Source: Burkholderiales bacterium
Lineage (GTDB): Bacteria > Pseudomonadota > Gammaproteobacteria > Burkholderiales > Burkholderiaceae_C
Assembly: GCA_038213665.1 (NCBI GenBank)
Contig: JBBQSS010000001.1
Coordinates: forward strand, 1 to 58,595
DNA: 58,595 bases
Direction of reading: 5' to 3'
The translations under genes were made by a program, and so were the position numbers. Under the pieces are notes generated by a model. It was given only the letters and a program-made list of their open reading frames with translations, was not told where the DNA came from and searched no databases. Below are positions 30,258-41,724 of the stretch, one piece after another (position 1 is the first letter of the stretch; each line of letters opens with the position of its first letter).

Positions 30258-32018
30258 CTACTTCGCCTCTTGACTTTTCCCAATTACCCCGAATTGGATG
30301 TGATGTAGCTGCGCATACACCCCATTGCGGGCCAATAATTCATCATGAGTGCCCGTTTCGACGATTTCACCCTTTTGCAACACGATGATGCAATCGGATT
30401 TTTCAATGGTGGACAGGCGGTGTGCAATCACCAATGAGGTGCGCCCTTGCATCAGGGTTTCCAACGCGGCCTGCACGTGACGTTCTGATTCGCTGTCCAA
30501 TGCGGAGGTGGCTTCGTCAAGGATGAGAATGGGCGCGTTTTTAAGAATGGCACGTGCAATGGCAATGCGCTGTCGTTGTCCGCCGGATAGTTTCACACCG
30601 CGTTCACCCACCAACGTCTGCAAACCCTGCGGCATCTCAAGGATGAACTCCATTGCATGTGCGGCTTGCGCTGCAGCAATGATCTCTTCCTCGGGTACTT
30701 CACGCATTTGGCCGTAGGCGATATTGGCAGCAACGGTGGTGTTGAACAACACCACTTCTTGGCTTACCAGCGCAATGTTGGCCCGCAGACTCGACAGCGA
30801 GAGCGCCGCGAGGTCATGACCGTCCAGCGTGATGCGTCCGCTGTCAGGCAAATAGAAGCGCGGCACCAGATTGGCCAGTGTGCTCTTACCACTGCCGGAT
30901 GCGCCGACCAGCGCGACGGCTTGACCCGCAGGAATTTTCAGGCAAATGTCACGCAGTGCCAACCTGTCATTGCGCCCATAAGACAAGTTGACATGTTCAA
31001 ACTCGATGCAGCCCTTTGCGCGACCGATGTCAATTTTTCCGGTGTCAACTTCACCCGGCGTATCAAGCAACTCAAACACGCTTTCAGATGCCGCCAGCCC
31101 GCGTTGCAGATGCTCACTCACGCCCGTAAGTCGCTTGATGGGTGCAGTGAGCATCAGCATGGCGGCAATGAATGACAGGAATCCACCAACAGTCGTTTCA
31201 TCGCCGCCTGATTGCAAGGTGGCGAGGTAAACGATAGCGGCCAGTGCTACCGAGGCAATCATCTGGACGATCGGCACGTTGCTTGAAGCCGCCATGGCCT
31301 GCTTCATGTTGTAGCGTCGCACCCAGTTGACCTGATCGCTAAAACGCATGCGCTCATAGTGTTGTCCGCCAAAGAGTTTGACCACTTTGTGTGCAGCAAT
31401 GCCTTCCTCTATGACCTGCGTGATATCGCCCATCGCTTGCTGTGAATCGCGGCTGGCATTGCGCAAGCGTCCGTTGATTATTCTGAGGATGAATGCGATG
31501 ACAGGCACCATCACCAAACTGAGCAGGGTGAGTTTCCAGTTCAGGTAGAACAGCCAGCCCAACAATCCAACAATGATGATGAAATCGCGAACAACAACCG
31601 TCACCACATTGGTCGCGGCAGCGGTCACCTGCGCCACGTCAAAAGTCAACTTGGAGATCAGATTGCCGGTGGCATGGTCGTCATAAAACGGTGTGGGTAG
31701 CGTCAGCAGCTTGTGAAACATTTCTTCACGTAAATCCATCACAATTTTGTTGCCTACCCAGGCAATGGCATACGTTCCCATAAATGATGCGATACCACGC
31801 ACGAAGAAAATCGCCAGAATAATCAGCGGTGCAAATTTGATGACGGCATTGTCTTTTTGAATGAACGCACCATCCAGCATGGGCTTGAGCAAGGCCGGCA
31901 ACAGCGGCTCTGTTGCTGCCGTGATGGCCATACCCAGAATAGACAGCGCAAAAATACGCCAATAAGGTTTGACGTAACCGAGAAGACGTAAATAAAGCTG
32001 CGTACTGCTTAGCTTCAT
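30258..32018 (-). CDS. msbA: Lipid A export ABC transporter MsbA
   Basis: TM domain plus GASGSGKS, LSGGQRQR, DEATSALD. Confidence 0.93.
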   Translation of the reverse strand: MKLSSTQLYLRLLGYVKPYWRIFALSILGMAITAATEPLLPALLKPMLDGAFIQKDNAVIKFAPLIILAIFFVRGIASFMGTYAIAWVGNKIVMDLREEMFHKLLTLPTPFYDDHATGNLISKLTFDVAQVTAAATNVVTVVVRDFIIIVGLLGWLFYLNWKLTLLSLVMVPVIAFILRIINGRLRNASRDSQQAMGDITQVIEEGIAAHKVVKLFGGQHYERMRFSDQVNWVRRYNMKQAMAASSNVPIVQMIASVALAAIVYLATLQSGGDETTVGGFLSFIAAMLMLTAPIKRLTGVSEHLQRGLAASESVFELLDTPGEVDTGKIDIGRAKGCIEFEHVNLSYGRNDRLALRDICLKIPAGQAVALVGASGSGKSTLANLVPRFYLPDSGRITLDGHDLAALSLSSLRANIALVSQEVVLFNTTVAANIAYGQMREVPEEEIIAAAQAAHAMEFILEMPQGLQTLVGERGVKLSGGQRQRIAIARAILKNAPILILDEATSALDSESERHVQAALETLMQGRTSLVIAHRLSTIEKSDCIIVLQKGEIVETGTHDELLARNGVYAQLHHIQFGVIGKSQEAK

Positions 32019-32141
32019 GAGATTGGCCCTAACGTGATAGATGCAAATCTCTTGCGGCCGGTGCCGCAGCGAGATCCAAATGGAAAATTCAGGCCCATTG
32101 ACCCCTCATCAGGTTCTGCAAAGATGGACGACCATGAGCAC

Positions 32142-33617
32142 TTACAGCAGCACAATATCGTACTGCTCCTGCCCCATGGCACTTTCGCTTTGCAGGGACA
32201 CCGGCTTGCCAATGAACTCGCTCAAACCCGCCAAGTGCTGGCTTTCTTCGTCCAATAACAGCTCAATGACCTTGGGCGAGGCCACCACACGAAATTCCTT
32301 GGGGGTGAACTGGCGGGCTTCGCGCAAAATCTCGCGAAAAATGTCGTAAGCCACACTGCGCGCGGTTTTGACAATGCCTTTGCCGCTGCACACCGGGCAC
32401 GGCTCACACAACATGTGCGCCAGGGACTCGCGGGTGCGCTTGCGCGTCATTTCCACCAGCCCCAGCTGGGAAAACTCGCCACACATGGTTTTCACTCGAT
32501 CACGCGCCAGTTGTTTGCGGATTTCTGCGAGCACCGCAGTCCGGTGGTCTGCCGGCACCATGTCGATGAAATCCACAATGATGATGCCACCCAGGTTGCG
32601 CAGGCGCAGTTGCCGCGCAATGGCCTGTGCAGCTTCCAGATTGGTCTTGAAAATAGTATCGTCAAAATTGCGCGCACCGACAAAACCGCCGGTGTTCACA
32701 TCCACCGTGGTCAGCGCCTCGGTCTGGTCAACGATCAGGTAGCCGCCAGACTTCAAATCGACCCGGCGCCCGAGCGCCTTGGCAATTTCTTCGTCAATGG
32801 CGTACAGGTCAAAAATTGGCCGCTCACCCTTGTAGTGCTGCAGCTTTTGGCCAGTGGCGGGCATGAACTCCTGGCAAAAGGCTTTCATCACAGCAAACTG
32901 CTCCAGCGAGTCGACCTTGATGAACTGGGTGTGTTCACTGGCCAAATCACGCAAGACCCGCTGCAACAGGCTCAAGTCCTGGTGCAGCAGCGACTTGGGC
33001 GGCAGCTTCACAGCCGCTTCGCGAATGCGTTTCCAGGCTTTGCGCAGGTAAGCCACGTCGTCAGCCAGTTCCTGCTCGGTGGCATCTTCCCCATTGGTGC
33101 GCAAAATAAAGCCGCCACCCTCGTCCCCCACCAGGGTTTGCAAGTGTTGGCGCAAGGCATCGCGCTGCGCCTGTGGAATTTTTTGCGACACCCCAATGTG
33201 GTCATCCTGCGGCAAAAACACCAACATGCGCCCGGCAATGCTGATTTGCGTGGACAGCCTCGCGCCTTTGCTGCCAATCGGGTCTTTGACCACCTGCACC
33301 ATCAGGTTTTGGCCCTCAAACACCTGTTTTTCAATCGGGATTTGGGGTGCAGAACTGCGCGCAGTCGAGATCGTTTCGCCCTCGGCCGGTGGGTGCCAGA
33401 CATCGGCCACATGCAAAAAAGCCGCACGTTCCAGGCCGATGTCGATGAAAGCGGATTGCATGCCCGGCAAGACGCGTGCAACTTTGCCCAGATAGACATT
33501 GCCCATCAGGCCACGCTCCAGCGTGCGCTCCACATGCAATTCTTGCAGCACACCGTTTTCCACCACCGCCACACGGGTTTCCTGAGGCGACCAGTTGATG
33601 AGAATGTCTTCTTGCAT
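32142..33617 (-). CDS. rng: Ribonuclease G
   Basis: S1 domain, DVNTG, GGIIIVDFIDM. Confidence 0.95.
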   Translation of the reverse strand: MQEDILINWSPQETRVAVVENGVLQELHVERTLERGLMGNVYLGKVARVLPGMQSAFIDIGLERAAFLHVADVWHPPAEGETISTARSSAPQIPIEKQVFEGQNLMVQVVKDPIGSKGARLSTQISIAGRMLVFLPQDDHIGVSQKIPQAQRDALRQHLQTLVGDEGGGFILRTNGEDATEQELADDVAYLRKAWKRIREAAVKLPPKSLLHQDLSLLQRVLRDLASEHTQFIKVDSLEQFAVMKAFCQEFMPATGQKLQHYKGERPIFDLYAIDEEIAKALGRRVDLKSGGYLIVDQTEALTTVDVNTGGFVGARNFDDTIFKTNLEAAQAIARQLRLRNLGGIIIVDFIDMVPADHRTAVLAEIRKQLARDRVKTMCGEFSQLGLVEMTRKRTRESLAHMLCEPCPVCSGKGIVKTARSVAYDIFREILREARQFTPKEFRVVASPKVIELLLDEESQHLAGLSEFIGKPVSLQSESAMGQEQYDIVLL

Positions 33618-33627
33618 AAATCTGCTT

Positions 33628-33692
33628 TTTATATGAAAAAATAGGCGCTAGCCCTTATGGATAAAGCGCGGGCAGCTATATATTTACTAGCA
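33628..33692 (-). repeat. Fixed-spacing motif, copy 4 (maf-rng gap; supplies the maf stop codon)
   Basis: Reverse complement GCTA-GTAAATATA-TAGC-TGCCC-GCGC-TTTATCCATAA-GGGC-TAGCGCCT. Confidence 0.85.
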
Positions 33693-34289
33693 AAAAAACC
33701 CCATGGTGCGCAACAGCTGCGCCGTCTCAAACAGCGGCAGCCCCATGATGCCGGTGTAGCTACCGCTGATGTGTGAGATGTGCGCCGCCGCCCTGCCCTG
33801 CACGCCATAGGCGCCGGCCTTGCCCATGGGCTCACCCGTGTCCACGTAAGCGGCAATTTGTGCAGCGCTCATTGGCGCAAAAGTCACACGCGAGATCGAC
33901 ACCACTTGCGAATGCTCAGCCGCTGTGCCCACGGCCACCGCCGTCAACACACGGTGCGTTTTGCCCGCCAGAGTCGCCAAGATGCGCGCCGCATCTGCCG
34001 CGTCAAGCGGCTTGCCCAGAATGACACGCCCCACTGCCACCGTGGTGTCCGAGCACAACACGGGCGCGTCCGGCAAGCGCAGCTTTTGACGTCGCGCCAG
34101 CGCTGCAGCAAGCTTCAACTGCGTCACGCGCTGCACATACGCCAGGGGCGATTCACGCGGCAACACGGTTTCGAGCGCCTCCGCATCTTCGTGCGGCTCA
34201 GGCAACAGCAACTCGTAGGCCACACCCAATTGCGCCAACAACTGCCGGCGCCTGGGGCTTTGGGAGGCCAGATAAAGAAATGGGGTCAT
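33687..34289 (-). CDS. maf: Maf family nucleotide pyrophosphatase
   Basis: [21 protein letters not shown]. Confidence 0.93.
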   Translation of the reverse strand: MTPFLYLASQSPRRRQLLAQLGVAYELLLPEPHEDAEALETVLPRESPLAYVQRVTQLKLAAALARRQKLRLPDAPVLCSDTTVAVGRVILGKPLDAADAARILATLAGKTHRVLTAVAVGTAAEHSQVVSISRVTFAPMSAAQIAAYVDTGEPMGKAGAYGVQGRAAAHISHISGSYTGIMGLPLFETAQLLRTMGFFC

Positions 34290-34753
34290 TCGCGGTGGTA
34301 CGGGTGGTTGGCGTTGATGGACCAGGCGCGGTAAAGCTGCTCAATCAGCAAGACCCTTACAAAAGCGTGCGGCAGTGTCAGGTCCGACAGGCGAATACGC
34401 TCGTGTGCGGCCTGCCTGAAGGCGGGGTCCAGCCCGTCGGGGCCACCAATGACCAGCGCGACATCGTCACCGCTGAGCTGCCAGTCCTTGAGTTTGCCCG
34501 CCAAGGCCATGGTGGTCAGCGTGGTGCCGCGCTCGTCGAGCGCCACAACTCTGAAACCTTTGGGAATCGCGGCTTCAATGCGGGCGCGTTCTGCCGCATA
34601 CAAAGTCTCTAGTGACTTGGAAGCACGCGGCTCGGTTTTGACGGCCTTGAGCTCCACCTTGAACTCAAACGGAAAGCGCTTTGCGTAGTCATCCCAGGCC
34701 GTTTGTGCCCAGTCAGGTACGCGCTGACCTACGGCAACAATCAGCAGACGCAC
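34286..34753 (-). CDS. rlmH: 23S rRNA m3-pseudouridine-1915 methyltransferase
   Basis: [21 protein letters not shown]. Confidence 0.96.
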   Translation of the reverse strand: MRLLIVAVGQRVPDWAQTAWDDYAKRFPFEFKVELKAVKTEPRASKSLETLYAAERARIEAAIPKGFRVVALDERGTTLTTMALAGKLKDWQLSGDDVALVIGGPDGLDPAFRQAAHERIRLSDLTLPHAFVRVLLIEQLYRAWSINANHPYHRE

Positions 34754-34755
34754 GG

Positions 34756-35562
34756 TCAGGCTTTACGGGCCGGGGCTTTTCTGGCCACGGCCGGTTTGCT
34801 CACGGCTTTTTTGGCCGCTGCTTTTTTAGCGGCTGGTTTGCCGGGGGCGTTCACCACCAAGGTCTTGATGCGTGGCTTGGCCACAGGCGCGGCGTCAGTG
34901 GCAGCGGCTCTTGGCTTGGCGGGCGACTTGGCCGCTGCTTTTTTAGCCGCAGCAGCTTTTGCATCTGCCGTTTTTTGCATCTGGGCACGTGACGGAAAGG
35001 CTTCTTCGACCCCTTTTTTGGCGGCACTGGAGCGGCGCAGACTGGCGGCATCTTTGGCCGCAGGGATGGGTTTGTCGGCTTTAGCTTCTGCCACGGCGAC
35101 GGGCTTGGCGGCACCGAGCTTCAGGCGCACCGGCTTTTCGCCCCACAGCTCTTCCAGGTTGTAATAGGTTCTGATGTTGGGCTGCATCACGTGCACCACG
35201 GCCTGGCCGCAGTCCACAATGATCCACTCGCCATTGGCCTCACCTTCCATGCGCGGCTTTGGAAAACCCGCTTCACGCACCGTGTCCATCACGCTGGCGG
35301 CCAGCGCCTTGGTTTGACGGTTGGAGGTGCCCGAGGCCACGATGACCCGCTCAAACAAGGACGAAAGGTGTTCGGTGTCAAACACCACAATGTCTTGCGC
35401 TTTCACATCTTCGAGCCCATCCACAATGGCACGCTGAAGTTTTTGGACGTCTTTTTTGGCCACAGTGGTGGATTCTGGCTTGGCGGCGGGCTTGAGCGTT
35501 GTCTTGATCGCGGGCTTGGCGGCAGTTTTTGCGCTTGTTTTGGCAGGTGTTTTGGTAGTCAT
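34756..35562 (-). CDS. rsfS: Ribosome silencing factor with Lys/Ala-rich extensions
   Basis: [34 protein letters not shown]; located between nadD and rlmH. Confidence 0.92.
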   Translation of the reverse strand: MTTKTPAKTSAKTAAKPAIKTTLKPAAKPESTTVAKKDVQKLQRAIVDGLEDVKAQDIVVFDTEHLSSLFERVIVASGTSNRQTKALAASVMDTVREAGFPKPRMEGEANGEWIIVDCGQAVVHVMQPNIRTYYNLEELWGEKPVRLKLGAAKPVAVAEAKADKPIPAAKDAASLRRSSAAKKGVEEAFPSRAQMQKTADAKAAAAKKAAAKSPAKPRAAATDAAPVAKPRIKTLVVNAPGKPAAKKAAAKKAVSKPAVARKAPARKA

Positions 35563-36176
35563 CAAATGGATTGGTAAAGGTGGTGGTCGGCAATATAACG
35601 TGCAACGCCATCTTGCACCAGCGCATCGACAGGCTGTCGTGCTGAAATTGTGGCGCGAATCTGGGTTGCACTGACCGTTAAGGCGGGCATTTTCAGATGA
35701 AAAAACCGCGCCGGAAATCGTTTTTCTGCATCAAACAAGGTGCTGGCCCTCGTTGAATCTGCGCGATCAGCTACACAAATTATAGCAATCTGCAAAATCT
35801 CCTGCCACGCCCGCCATGTGGTCAGCGCGGCAGCCTGGTCGGCACCCATGATCAGGAACATTTTCGCCGTGGGCTCAGCCTGGGCCAGGCCGCACAAGGT
35901 GTCAATGGTGTAGCTTGGACCGCTGCGTTTGATTTCCTGCGCATCCACCACCACCTTGGGCAAATGCGCAAACGCCAGTTGCGCCATGGCCAGCCGATGC
36001 TCGGGTGCGGTGAGTGAGCGGGTTTTGTGCCAGGCCTGCCCGGTGGGAATGACACGAAGTTCATCCAAATCCAGCTCTGCCAGGGCGGCCTGCAGCAACG
36101 CCTGGTGCGCCAAGTGCGGGGGGTCAAACGCGCCGCCAAACACGCCCAGGCGTCGGGGCTTCGTCAGTTCGGGCAT
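35562..36176 (-). CDS. nadD: Nicotinate-nucleotide adenylyltransferase
   Basis: GGAFDPPHLAH, SYTIDT, MGADQ, SATQIR. Confidence 0.95.
   Translation of the reverse strand: MPELTKPRRLGVFGGAFDPPHLAHQALLQAALAELDLDELRVIPTGQAWHKTRSLTAPEHRLAMAQLAFAHLPKVVVDAQEIKRSGPSYTIDTLCGLAQAEPTAKMFLIMGADQAAALTTWRAWQEILQIAIICVADRADSTRASTLFDAEKRFPARFFHLKMPALTVSATQIRATISARQPVDALVQDGVARYIADHHLYQSI
35723..35787 (-). repeat. Fixed-spacing motif, copy 5 (inside nadD)
   Basis: Reverse complement GCTA-TAATTTGTG-TAGC-TGATC-GCGC-AGATTCAACGA-GGGC-CAGCACCT. Confidence 0.78.
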
Positions 36177-37100
36177 TTAAACCCAGTCCTTGCGTACCAG
36201 GTACTTGCTGTAGAGGTCAGCCTCGGGGGTGCCTAGTTGCGGCACTTGTTGGTAAGCCCAGCTCACCAGCGGCGGCATCGAGAGCAAAATCGACTCGGTG
36301 CGCCCGCCCGACTGCAGCCCAAAGTGGGTGCCACGGTCCCACACCAGGTTGAACTCCACATAGCGACCGCGCCGATACAGTTGAAATGCGCGCTCGCGCT
36401 CACCATAAGGCGTGTCTTTGCGACGCAACACGATAGGCAGATAGGCGCTCAAAAACGCATCCCCCACAGCCTGCATCATGGTCAGGCTAAGGTCGAGGCC
36501 GAGTTCAGAAAAGTCGTCAAAAAACACGCCACCGATGCCGCGCTGCTCTTGCCGATGCTTCAGGTAAAAATAGTCGTCACACCAGGTTTTGAAACGTGGG
36601 TATTTGTCATCGCCAAACGGCTTTAACGCCGCCTTGCAGGTGCTGTGAAAGTGCACCGCATCTTCCTCAAATCCGTAATACGGTGTCAGGTCCATGCCAC
36701 CGCCAAACCAGCACACCTCGCGTCCGTCGGGTGCCTTGGCAGAAATCATGCGCACATTCATGTGCACCGTGGGCACGTAAGGGTTGCGCGGGTGAAACAC
36801 CAGCGACACACCCATGGCTTCAAACGGTGCACCGGCGAGTTCCGGGCGGTGCTGCGTAGCCGACGGTGGCAGCTTGGGGCCGCTCACGTGCGAGAAACCA
36901 CAGCCAGCGCGCTCAAACACCGCACCACCTTCCAGAATCTGCGTGATGCCGCGGCCTTGCAGCATCTCAACGGCTGGTTTTTCCCACGCATCGGTCAGAA
37001 GTGACTCGCCATCGAGTTGCGCAATGGCACCGGTGATGCGCGCTTGCAGGCCGCGCAAATACGCGCTGACCACCTGCGCGGGCGACGTACCCACGGTCAT
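36177..37100 (-). CDS. hemF: Oxygen-dependent coproporphyrinogen III oxidase
   Basis: [33 protein letters not shown]. Confidence 0.97.
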   Translation of the reverse strand: MTVGTSPAQVVSAYLRGLQARITGAIAQLDGESLLTDAWEKPAVEMLQGRGITQILEGGAVFERAGCGFSHVSGPKLPPSATQHRPELAGAPFEAMGVSLVFHPRNPYVPTVHMNVRMISAKAPDGREVCWFGGGMDLTPYYGFEEDAVHFHSTCKAALKPFGDDKYPRFKTWCDDYFYLKHRQEQRGIGGVFFDDFSELGLDLSLTMMQAVGDAFLSAYLPIVLRRKDTPYGERERAFQLYRRGRYVEFNLVWDRGTHFGLQSGGRTESILLSMPPLVSWAYQQVPQLGTPEADLYSKYLVRKDWV

Positions 37101-38398
37101 GCGCCATTACCCTTCACCGCGCGGTGACCAATGTCAGTGCGGTACTGCATGCCCTCAAAGGCAATGCCAGCAACCACTTCATAAGCACGCTGCTGCGCCA
37201 GGCGCACGTTGTCCGCCAGCACGGTGACACACAGCACGCGCCCGCCAGAGGTCAGCAACTGACCGTCTTTCAGTGTGGTGCCAGCATGGAACACGCAGGC
37301 GTCCTCGGCTTCCTTGGGCATGCCGACAACGACATCGCCCTTGCGCGGACTCAAAGGGTAACCGTGCGCAGCAAGCACCACGCCCAGAGCGGTACGCCGA
37401 TCCCACTGCAACTCGATCTGATCGAGCTTGCCGTGCGGGCCGGGTTCGGTGGCGGCCAGCATCACGTCAACCAAGTCGGTTTTCAGCCGCATCATGATCG
37501 GCTGGGTCTCGGGGTCGCCCATGCGGCAGTTGAATTCGAGAGTTTTGGGTTTGCCGTGCGCGTCAATCATCAGGCCTGCATACAAAAAACCGGTGAACAC
37601 AATGCCGTCTTTTTCCATGCCACGCACGGTCGGCAAGATGATGTCGCGCATGGCGCGGGCATGCACATCGGGCGTGACCACAGGCGCCGGTGAATAAGCC
37701 CCCATGCCGCCGGTGTTGGGACCCAGATCGCTATTGAGCAAGCGTTTGTGGTCCTGGCTGGTGGCCAGCGGCAACACGTTTTTGCCATCTACCATCACAA
37801 TGAAGCTGGCTTCCTCACCCTGCAGGAATTCTTCAATGACCACGCGTGCACCACCTTCGTTGTGGCTCACACCCAGCGTGTTGTCGATCAGCATGAAGTC
37901 GACTGCCTCATGGGCCTCGGCAGCCGTCATCGCCACCACCACGCCTTTGCCTGCGGCCAGACCATCGGCTTTCACCACAATCGGCGCGCCCTTTTGGTCG
38001 ATGTAGGCATGGGCCAGCGCCGGGTCGCTAAAGGTTTCGTAGTCTGCGGTGGGAATGCCGTGACGCTTCATGAAGGCCTTAGAAAACGCCTTGGAGCTTT
38101 CCAGCTGCGCTGCAGCCTTGGTGGGGCCAAACACCCGCAGGCCCTGCTTGCGGAACTCGTCTACCACACCGGCGGCCAGCGGCACTTCGGGCCCAACCAC
38201 CGTCAGCACGATTTTTTGGGCCACGGCCCAGGCTGACAATTGAGCCACATCCGTGATGCTGACATTTTCAAACCGCGCATCAAGCGCCGTGCCACCGTTG
38301 CCGGGGGCCAGGTAAATCTTGTGGGTTTTGGGCGATTGCGCCAGTTTCCAGGCCAGGGCATGTTCACGGCCACCGCCGCCAATGACAAGAATTTTCAT
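37097..38398 (-). CDS. purD: Phosphoribosylamine-glycine ligase
   Basis: [27 protein letters not shown]. Confidence 0.97.
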   Translation of the reverse strand: MKILVIGGGGREHALAWKLAQSPKTHKIYLAPGNGGTALDARFENVSITDVAQLSAWAVAQKIVLTVVGPEVPLAAGVVDEFRKQGLRVFGPTKAAAQLESSKAFSKAFMKRHGIPTADYETFSDPALAHAYIDQKGAPIVVKADGLAAGKGVVVAMTAAEAHEAVDFMLIDNTLGVSHNEGGARVVIEEFLQGEEASFIVMVDGKNVLPLATSQDHKRLLNSDLGPNTGGMGAYSPAPVVTPDVHARAMRDIILPTVRGMEKDGIVFTGFLYAGLMIDAHGKPKTLEFNCRMGDPETQPIMMRLKTDLVDVMLAATEPGPHGKLDQIELQWDRRTALGVVLAAHGYPLSPRKGDVVVGMPKEAEDACVFHAGTTLKDGQLLTSGGRVLCVTVLADNVRLAQQRAYEVVAGIAFEGMQYRTDIGHRAVKGNGA

Positions 38399-39129
38399 AG
38401 CGCGTCGGTATCAAGTTCTGCGTTGTGATAAATGGCTTGCACGTCGTCGAGGTCTTCCAGGGCATCGAGCAACTTTTGCATGCGGGTGGCGTCATCGCCC
38501 GCCATCTCAATCGGGTTTTCGGGGCGCATGGTGACTTCCGCCGCATCGGGGATCAACCCAGCTGCTTCCAGGGCGTTCTTGACGGCCTCAAAGTCGGCCA
38601 CTGCGGTCAGCACCTCAATGGCGCCATCGCTGTCGGTGATGACATCTTCGGCGCCAGCTTCCAGTGCCACTTCCATCACCTTGTCTTCACTCAAACCGGG
38701 CGCAAAAATGATCTGCCCGCAATGCTTGAACTGGAACGCCACCGAGCCTTCCGTGCCCATGTTGCCGCCGTACTTGGAAAACGCGTGGCGCACTTCCGCC
38801 ACCGTGCGCACCTTGTTGTCGGTCATGGTGTCGACAATGATGGCCGCGCCACCAATGCCGTAACCTTCATAACGAATTTCTTCGTAGGTGATGCCGTCGA
38901 GTGAGCCGGTGGCCTTGTCAATGTTGTACTTGATGCGGTCGGCCGGCATGTTGGCGGCTTTGGCCCGGTCAATGGCCAGACGCAGGCGCGGGTTGATGGA
39001 CAAATCACCGCCACCGGCACGGGCCGCCACCGTGATTTCACGAATGATGCGCGTCCATATCTTGCCGCGCTTTTCGTCCTGACGGCCTTTGCGGTGCTGA
39101 ATATTGGCCCATTTACTGTGTCCTGCCAC
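38395..39129 (-). CDS. yebC: YebC/PmpR family protein
   Basis: [18 protein letters not shown]. Confidence 0.95.
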   Translation of the reverse strand: MAGHSKWANIQHRKGRQDEKRGKIWTRIIREITVAARAGGGDLSINPRLRLAIDRAKAANMPADRIKYNIDKATGSLDGITYEEIRYEGYGIGGAAIIVDTMTDNKVRTVAEVRHAFSKYGGNMGTEGSVAFQFKHCGQIIFAPGLSEDKVMEVALEAGAEDVITDSDGAIEVLTAVADFEAVKNALEAAGLIPDAAEVTMRPENPIEMAGDDATRMQKLLDALEDLDDVQAIYHNAELDTDAL

Positions 39130-39156
39130 GTGAAATCCTTCAAAAGTTCGTTACGC

Positions 39157-39273
39157 TACGTCTGGTTCCATTTCCAAATCATTTGTGTCTAGGCGTGAAG
39201 CCGAAGGCAGTGCTGTAGCACGACAAGGCGAAGCAACAACGACACGGATGATTTAGAAATGGAATGAATTGTA
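39157..39273. repeat. MITE-like hairpin element
   Basis: Arms 39166-39189 and 39241-39264 are complementary at 21 of 24 positions, with two G-T wobbles; structured interior. Confidence 0.7.
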
Positions 39274-39288
39274 CTTTTTGAGGTTGAC

Positions 39289-40806
39289 ATGATTGATCCC
39301 ATCCTGATTGCGCAACACGGCCAGACCCAATGCTGGCTGCACCCCGACAAGGCCAACCGCCACGGTCTGATCACCGGCGCCACCGGCACCGGCAAAACCA
39401 TCACCCTGCAAACCATGGCCGAGGGTTTCTCAAAGCTGGGCGTGCCGGTGTTCATGGCTGACATCAAAGGTGACCTGACCGGCATCTCGCAGCCCGGCAC
39501 GGCGACACCCAAATTGGCCAAAATCATCGCGGAACGGGGCCTGCCCACGCCTGAATTCAGCGCCTTCCCGACCACCTTGTGGGACGTGTTTGGTGAGCAA
39601 GGCCACCCGGTGCGCGCCACCGTGAGCGATTTGGGGCCACTGCTGCTGTCGCGCATGCTCAATCTCAACGAAACCCAGGCCGGCGTGATGCAGTTGGTGT
39701 TCAAGATTGCCGACGATGCGGGCATGCTGCTGCTCGACATGAAAGACCTGCGCACCATGTGCCAGCATGTGGGCGACAACGCCCGTTATTTCACCACCGA
39801 GTACGGCAATGTGAGTGCCGCCAGCATTGGCGCCATTCAGCGCGGCCTGATGCAGATCGAGGCGCAAGGCGGGGACCAATTTTTTGGCGAGCCGATGCTC
39901 AACATTGACGACTTCATGCAGACCGATGGTGCCGGGCGCGGCATGCTCAACATCCTTGCCGCTGACAAGCTGATGAATTCGCCGCGCCTGTACAGCACAT
40001 TTTTGCTGTGGCTGTTGAGTGAACTGTTTGAGAACCTGCCCGAGGTGGGCGACTTGGACAAGCCCAAGCTGGTGTTCTTTTTTGACGAAGCACACCTGCT
40101 GTTCAACGATGCGCCCAAAGTGCTGGTTGAGCGCATTGAACTGGTGGTGCGCCTGGTGCGCTCCAAAGGCGTGGGGGTGTTTTTTGTGACGCAAAACCCG
40201 CTGGACATTCCTGACAGCGTGCTGGCCCAACTGGGCAACCGGGTGCAGCACGCCCTGCGCGCCTTCACGCCACGGGATCAAAAAGCCGTCAAGGCGGCCG
40301 CCGACACCATGCGCCCCAACCCCGGGCTGGACGTGGGTGCGGCCATCACCGAGCTGGGCGTGGGCGAGGCGCTGGTGAGTTTTCTGGATGAAAAAGGCCG
40401 ACCCTGCCCCACCGAGCGCGTCTACGTGCTGCCACCCGCGAGCCAGATTGGGCCTATTTCACTCGACCAGAGACTGGTGTTGCAGGCCGAATCCATCGTG
40501 GCCGGGGTTTATGAAAAAACCCTCGACCGCGAATCAGCCTACGAAAAACTCAAGGGGCATGTGGCCGCTCGTACCAAGCCGGCCGAAGGCAAATCCGCCA
40601 GCACCACGGCACCCGAGGCAGAAGGCGGCAGCATGTTTGACAGCATCAGCGCTGGCCTGGGCAGCTTGTTGGGCGGTGGCGGCGGACGGCGCACCTCGGC
40701 GGGTGAACAGTTGTTCAAAAGCGCCGCCAGCTCGATTGGCCGCGAAGTGGGCCGCCAGATCATTCGCGGTGTGCTGGGCGGCATTTTTGGCGGCGCCAAG
40801 CGCTGA
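39289..40806 (+). CDS. HerA-like ATPase (DUF853/YjgR family)
   Basis: [32 protein letters not shown]. Confidence 0.9.
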   Translation: MIDPILIAQHGQTQCWLHPDKANRHGLITGATGTGKTITLQTMAEGFSKLGVPVFMADIKGDLTGISQPGTATPKLAKIIAERGLPTPEFSAFPTTLWDVFGEQGHPVRATVSDLGPLLLSRMLNLNETQAGVMQLVFKIADDAGMLLLDMKDLRTMCQHVGDNARYFTTEYGNVSAASIGAIQRGLMQIEAQGGDQFFGEPMLNIDDFMQTDGAGRGMLNILAADKLMNSPRLYSTFLLWLLSELFENLPEVGDLDKPKLVFFFDEAHLLFNDAPKVLVERIELVVRLVRSKGVGVFFVTQNPLDIPDSVLAQLGNRVQHALRAFTPRDQKAVKAAADTMRPNPGLDVGAAITELGVGEALVSFLDEKGRPCPTERVYVLPPASQIGPISLDQRLVLQAESIVAGVYEKTLDRESAYEKLKGHVAARTKPAEGKSASTTAPEAEGGSMFDSISAGLGSLLGGGGGRRTSAGEQLFKSAASSIGREVGRQIIRGVLGGIFGGAKR

Positions 40807-40932
40807 GCCAAACGCCGAAACAACAAACCCCAGCCATCCGCCCGGATTCTGTAGGAGCCCAGAGGGCTGGGCTGCTACAAACGCCTCCCTAACGCTGTAT
40901 GCTGCCAATTCACCTCAATTGAAAGTATTGCC

Positions 40933-41577
40933 ATGACCACTCCCCAAGACCCGATGGTTCACGTCATCATGCACCCGCTGGTGCAACACAAGCTCACGCT
41001 GATGCGCTGCAAAGACGCCAGCACCACCAGTTTTCGCACCCTGCTCAACGAATTGTCGATGCTGATGGCCTATGAAGTCACACGGGACATGCCGATGCAG
41101 GACATCGAGATTGAAACACCGCTGGAAACCATGACGGCCAAGGTCATAGACGGCAAAAAGCTGGCATTGGTCTCGATCTTGCGCGCCGGCACCGGCATTC
41201 TGGACGGCTTTTTAAGTGTGGTGCCGGGTGCGCGGGTAGGCCACATTGGCCTGTACCGTGACCCGCAAACGCTACAAGCGGTGGAGTACTACTTCAAGAT
41301 GCCCAAGGACATGCCCGAGCGTGACGTGGTGGTGGTGGACCCGATGCTGGCCACCGGCCACTCGGCCATTGCCGCCATCACGCGCATCAAGGCGTTGAAT
41401 CCAAAATCGGTCAAGTTTGTCTGCCTACTCACCTGCCCTGAAGGGGTCAAGGCCTTGCGCGACGCGCACCCGGATGTGGAAATTTTCACCGCAGCCATCG
41501 ACCGCCAACTCAACAGCCACGGCTACATCCTGCCCGGCTTGGGGGATGCCGGTGACCGGATTTTCGGCACGCTTTAA
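40933..41577 (+). CDS. upp: Uracil phosphoribosyltransferase
   Basis: [26 protein letters not shown]. Confidence 0.97.
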   Translation: MTTPQDPMVHVIMHPLVQHKLTLMRCKDASTTSFRTLLNELSMLMAYEVTRDMPMQDIEIETPLETMTAKVIDGKKLALVSILRAGTGILDGFLSVVPGARVGHIGLYRDPQTLQAVEYYFKMPKDMPERDVVVVDPMLATGHSAIAAITRIKALNPKSVKFVCLLTCPEGVKALRDAHPDVEIFTAAIDRQLNSHGYILPGLGDAGDRIFGTL

Positions 41578-41579
41578 AA

Positions 41580-41643
41580 ATTTATAATAAATCAGGCTGT
41601 AGCCCTTGTATTCATTGCGCAAGTAGCTATTTAAATAGTAGCT
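41580..41643 (-). repeat. Fixed-spacing motif, copy 6 (immediately after upp)
   Basis: Reverse complement GCTA-CTATTTAAA-TAGC-TACTT-GCGC-AATGAATACAA-GGGC-TACAGCCT. Confidence 0.85.
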
Positions 41644-41724
41644 TACTTAGCTGATTAAAACTTGACAACTCACAATACAGGCTGAACTTAGCCGCATTAA
41701 CCTCTGCCCACATCGGAGGTATTC

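Noticed and set aside
39289-40806. HerA-type defence ATPase
   Set aside because: Looks like the common standalone DUF853/YjgR family in core context, with no Sir2 or nuclease partner
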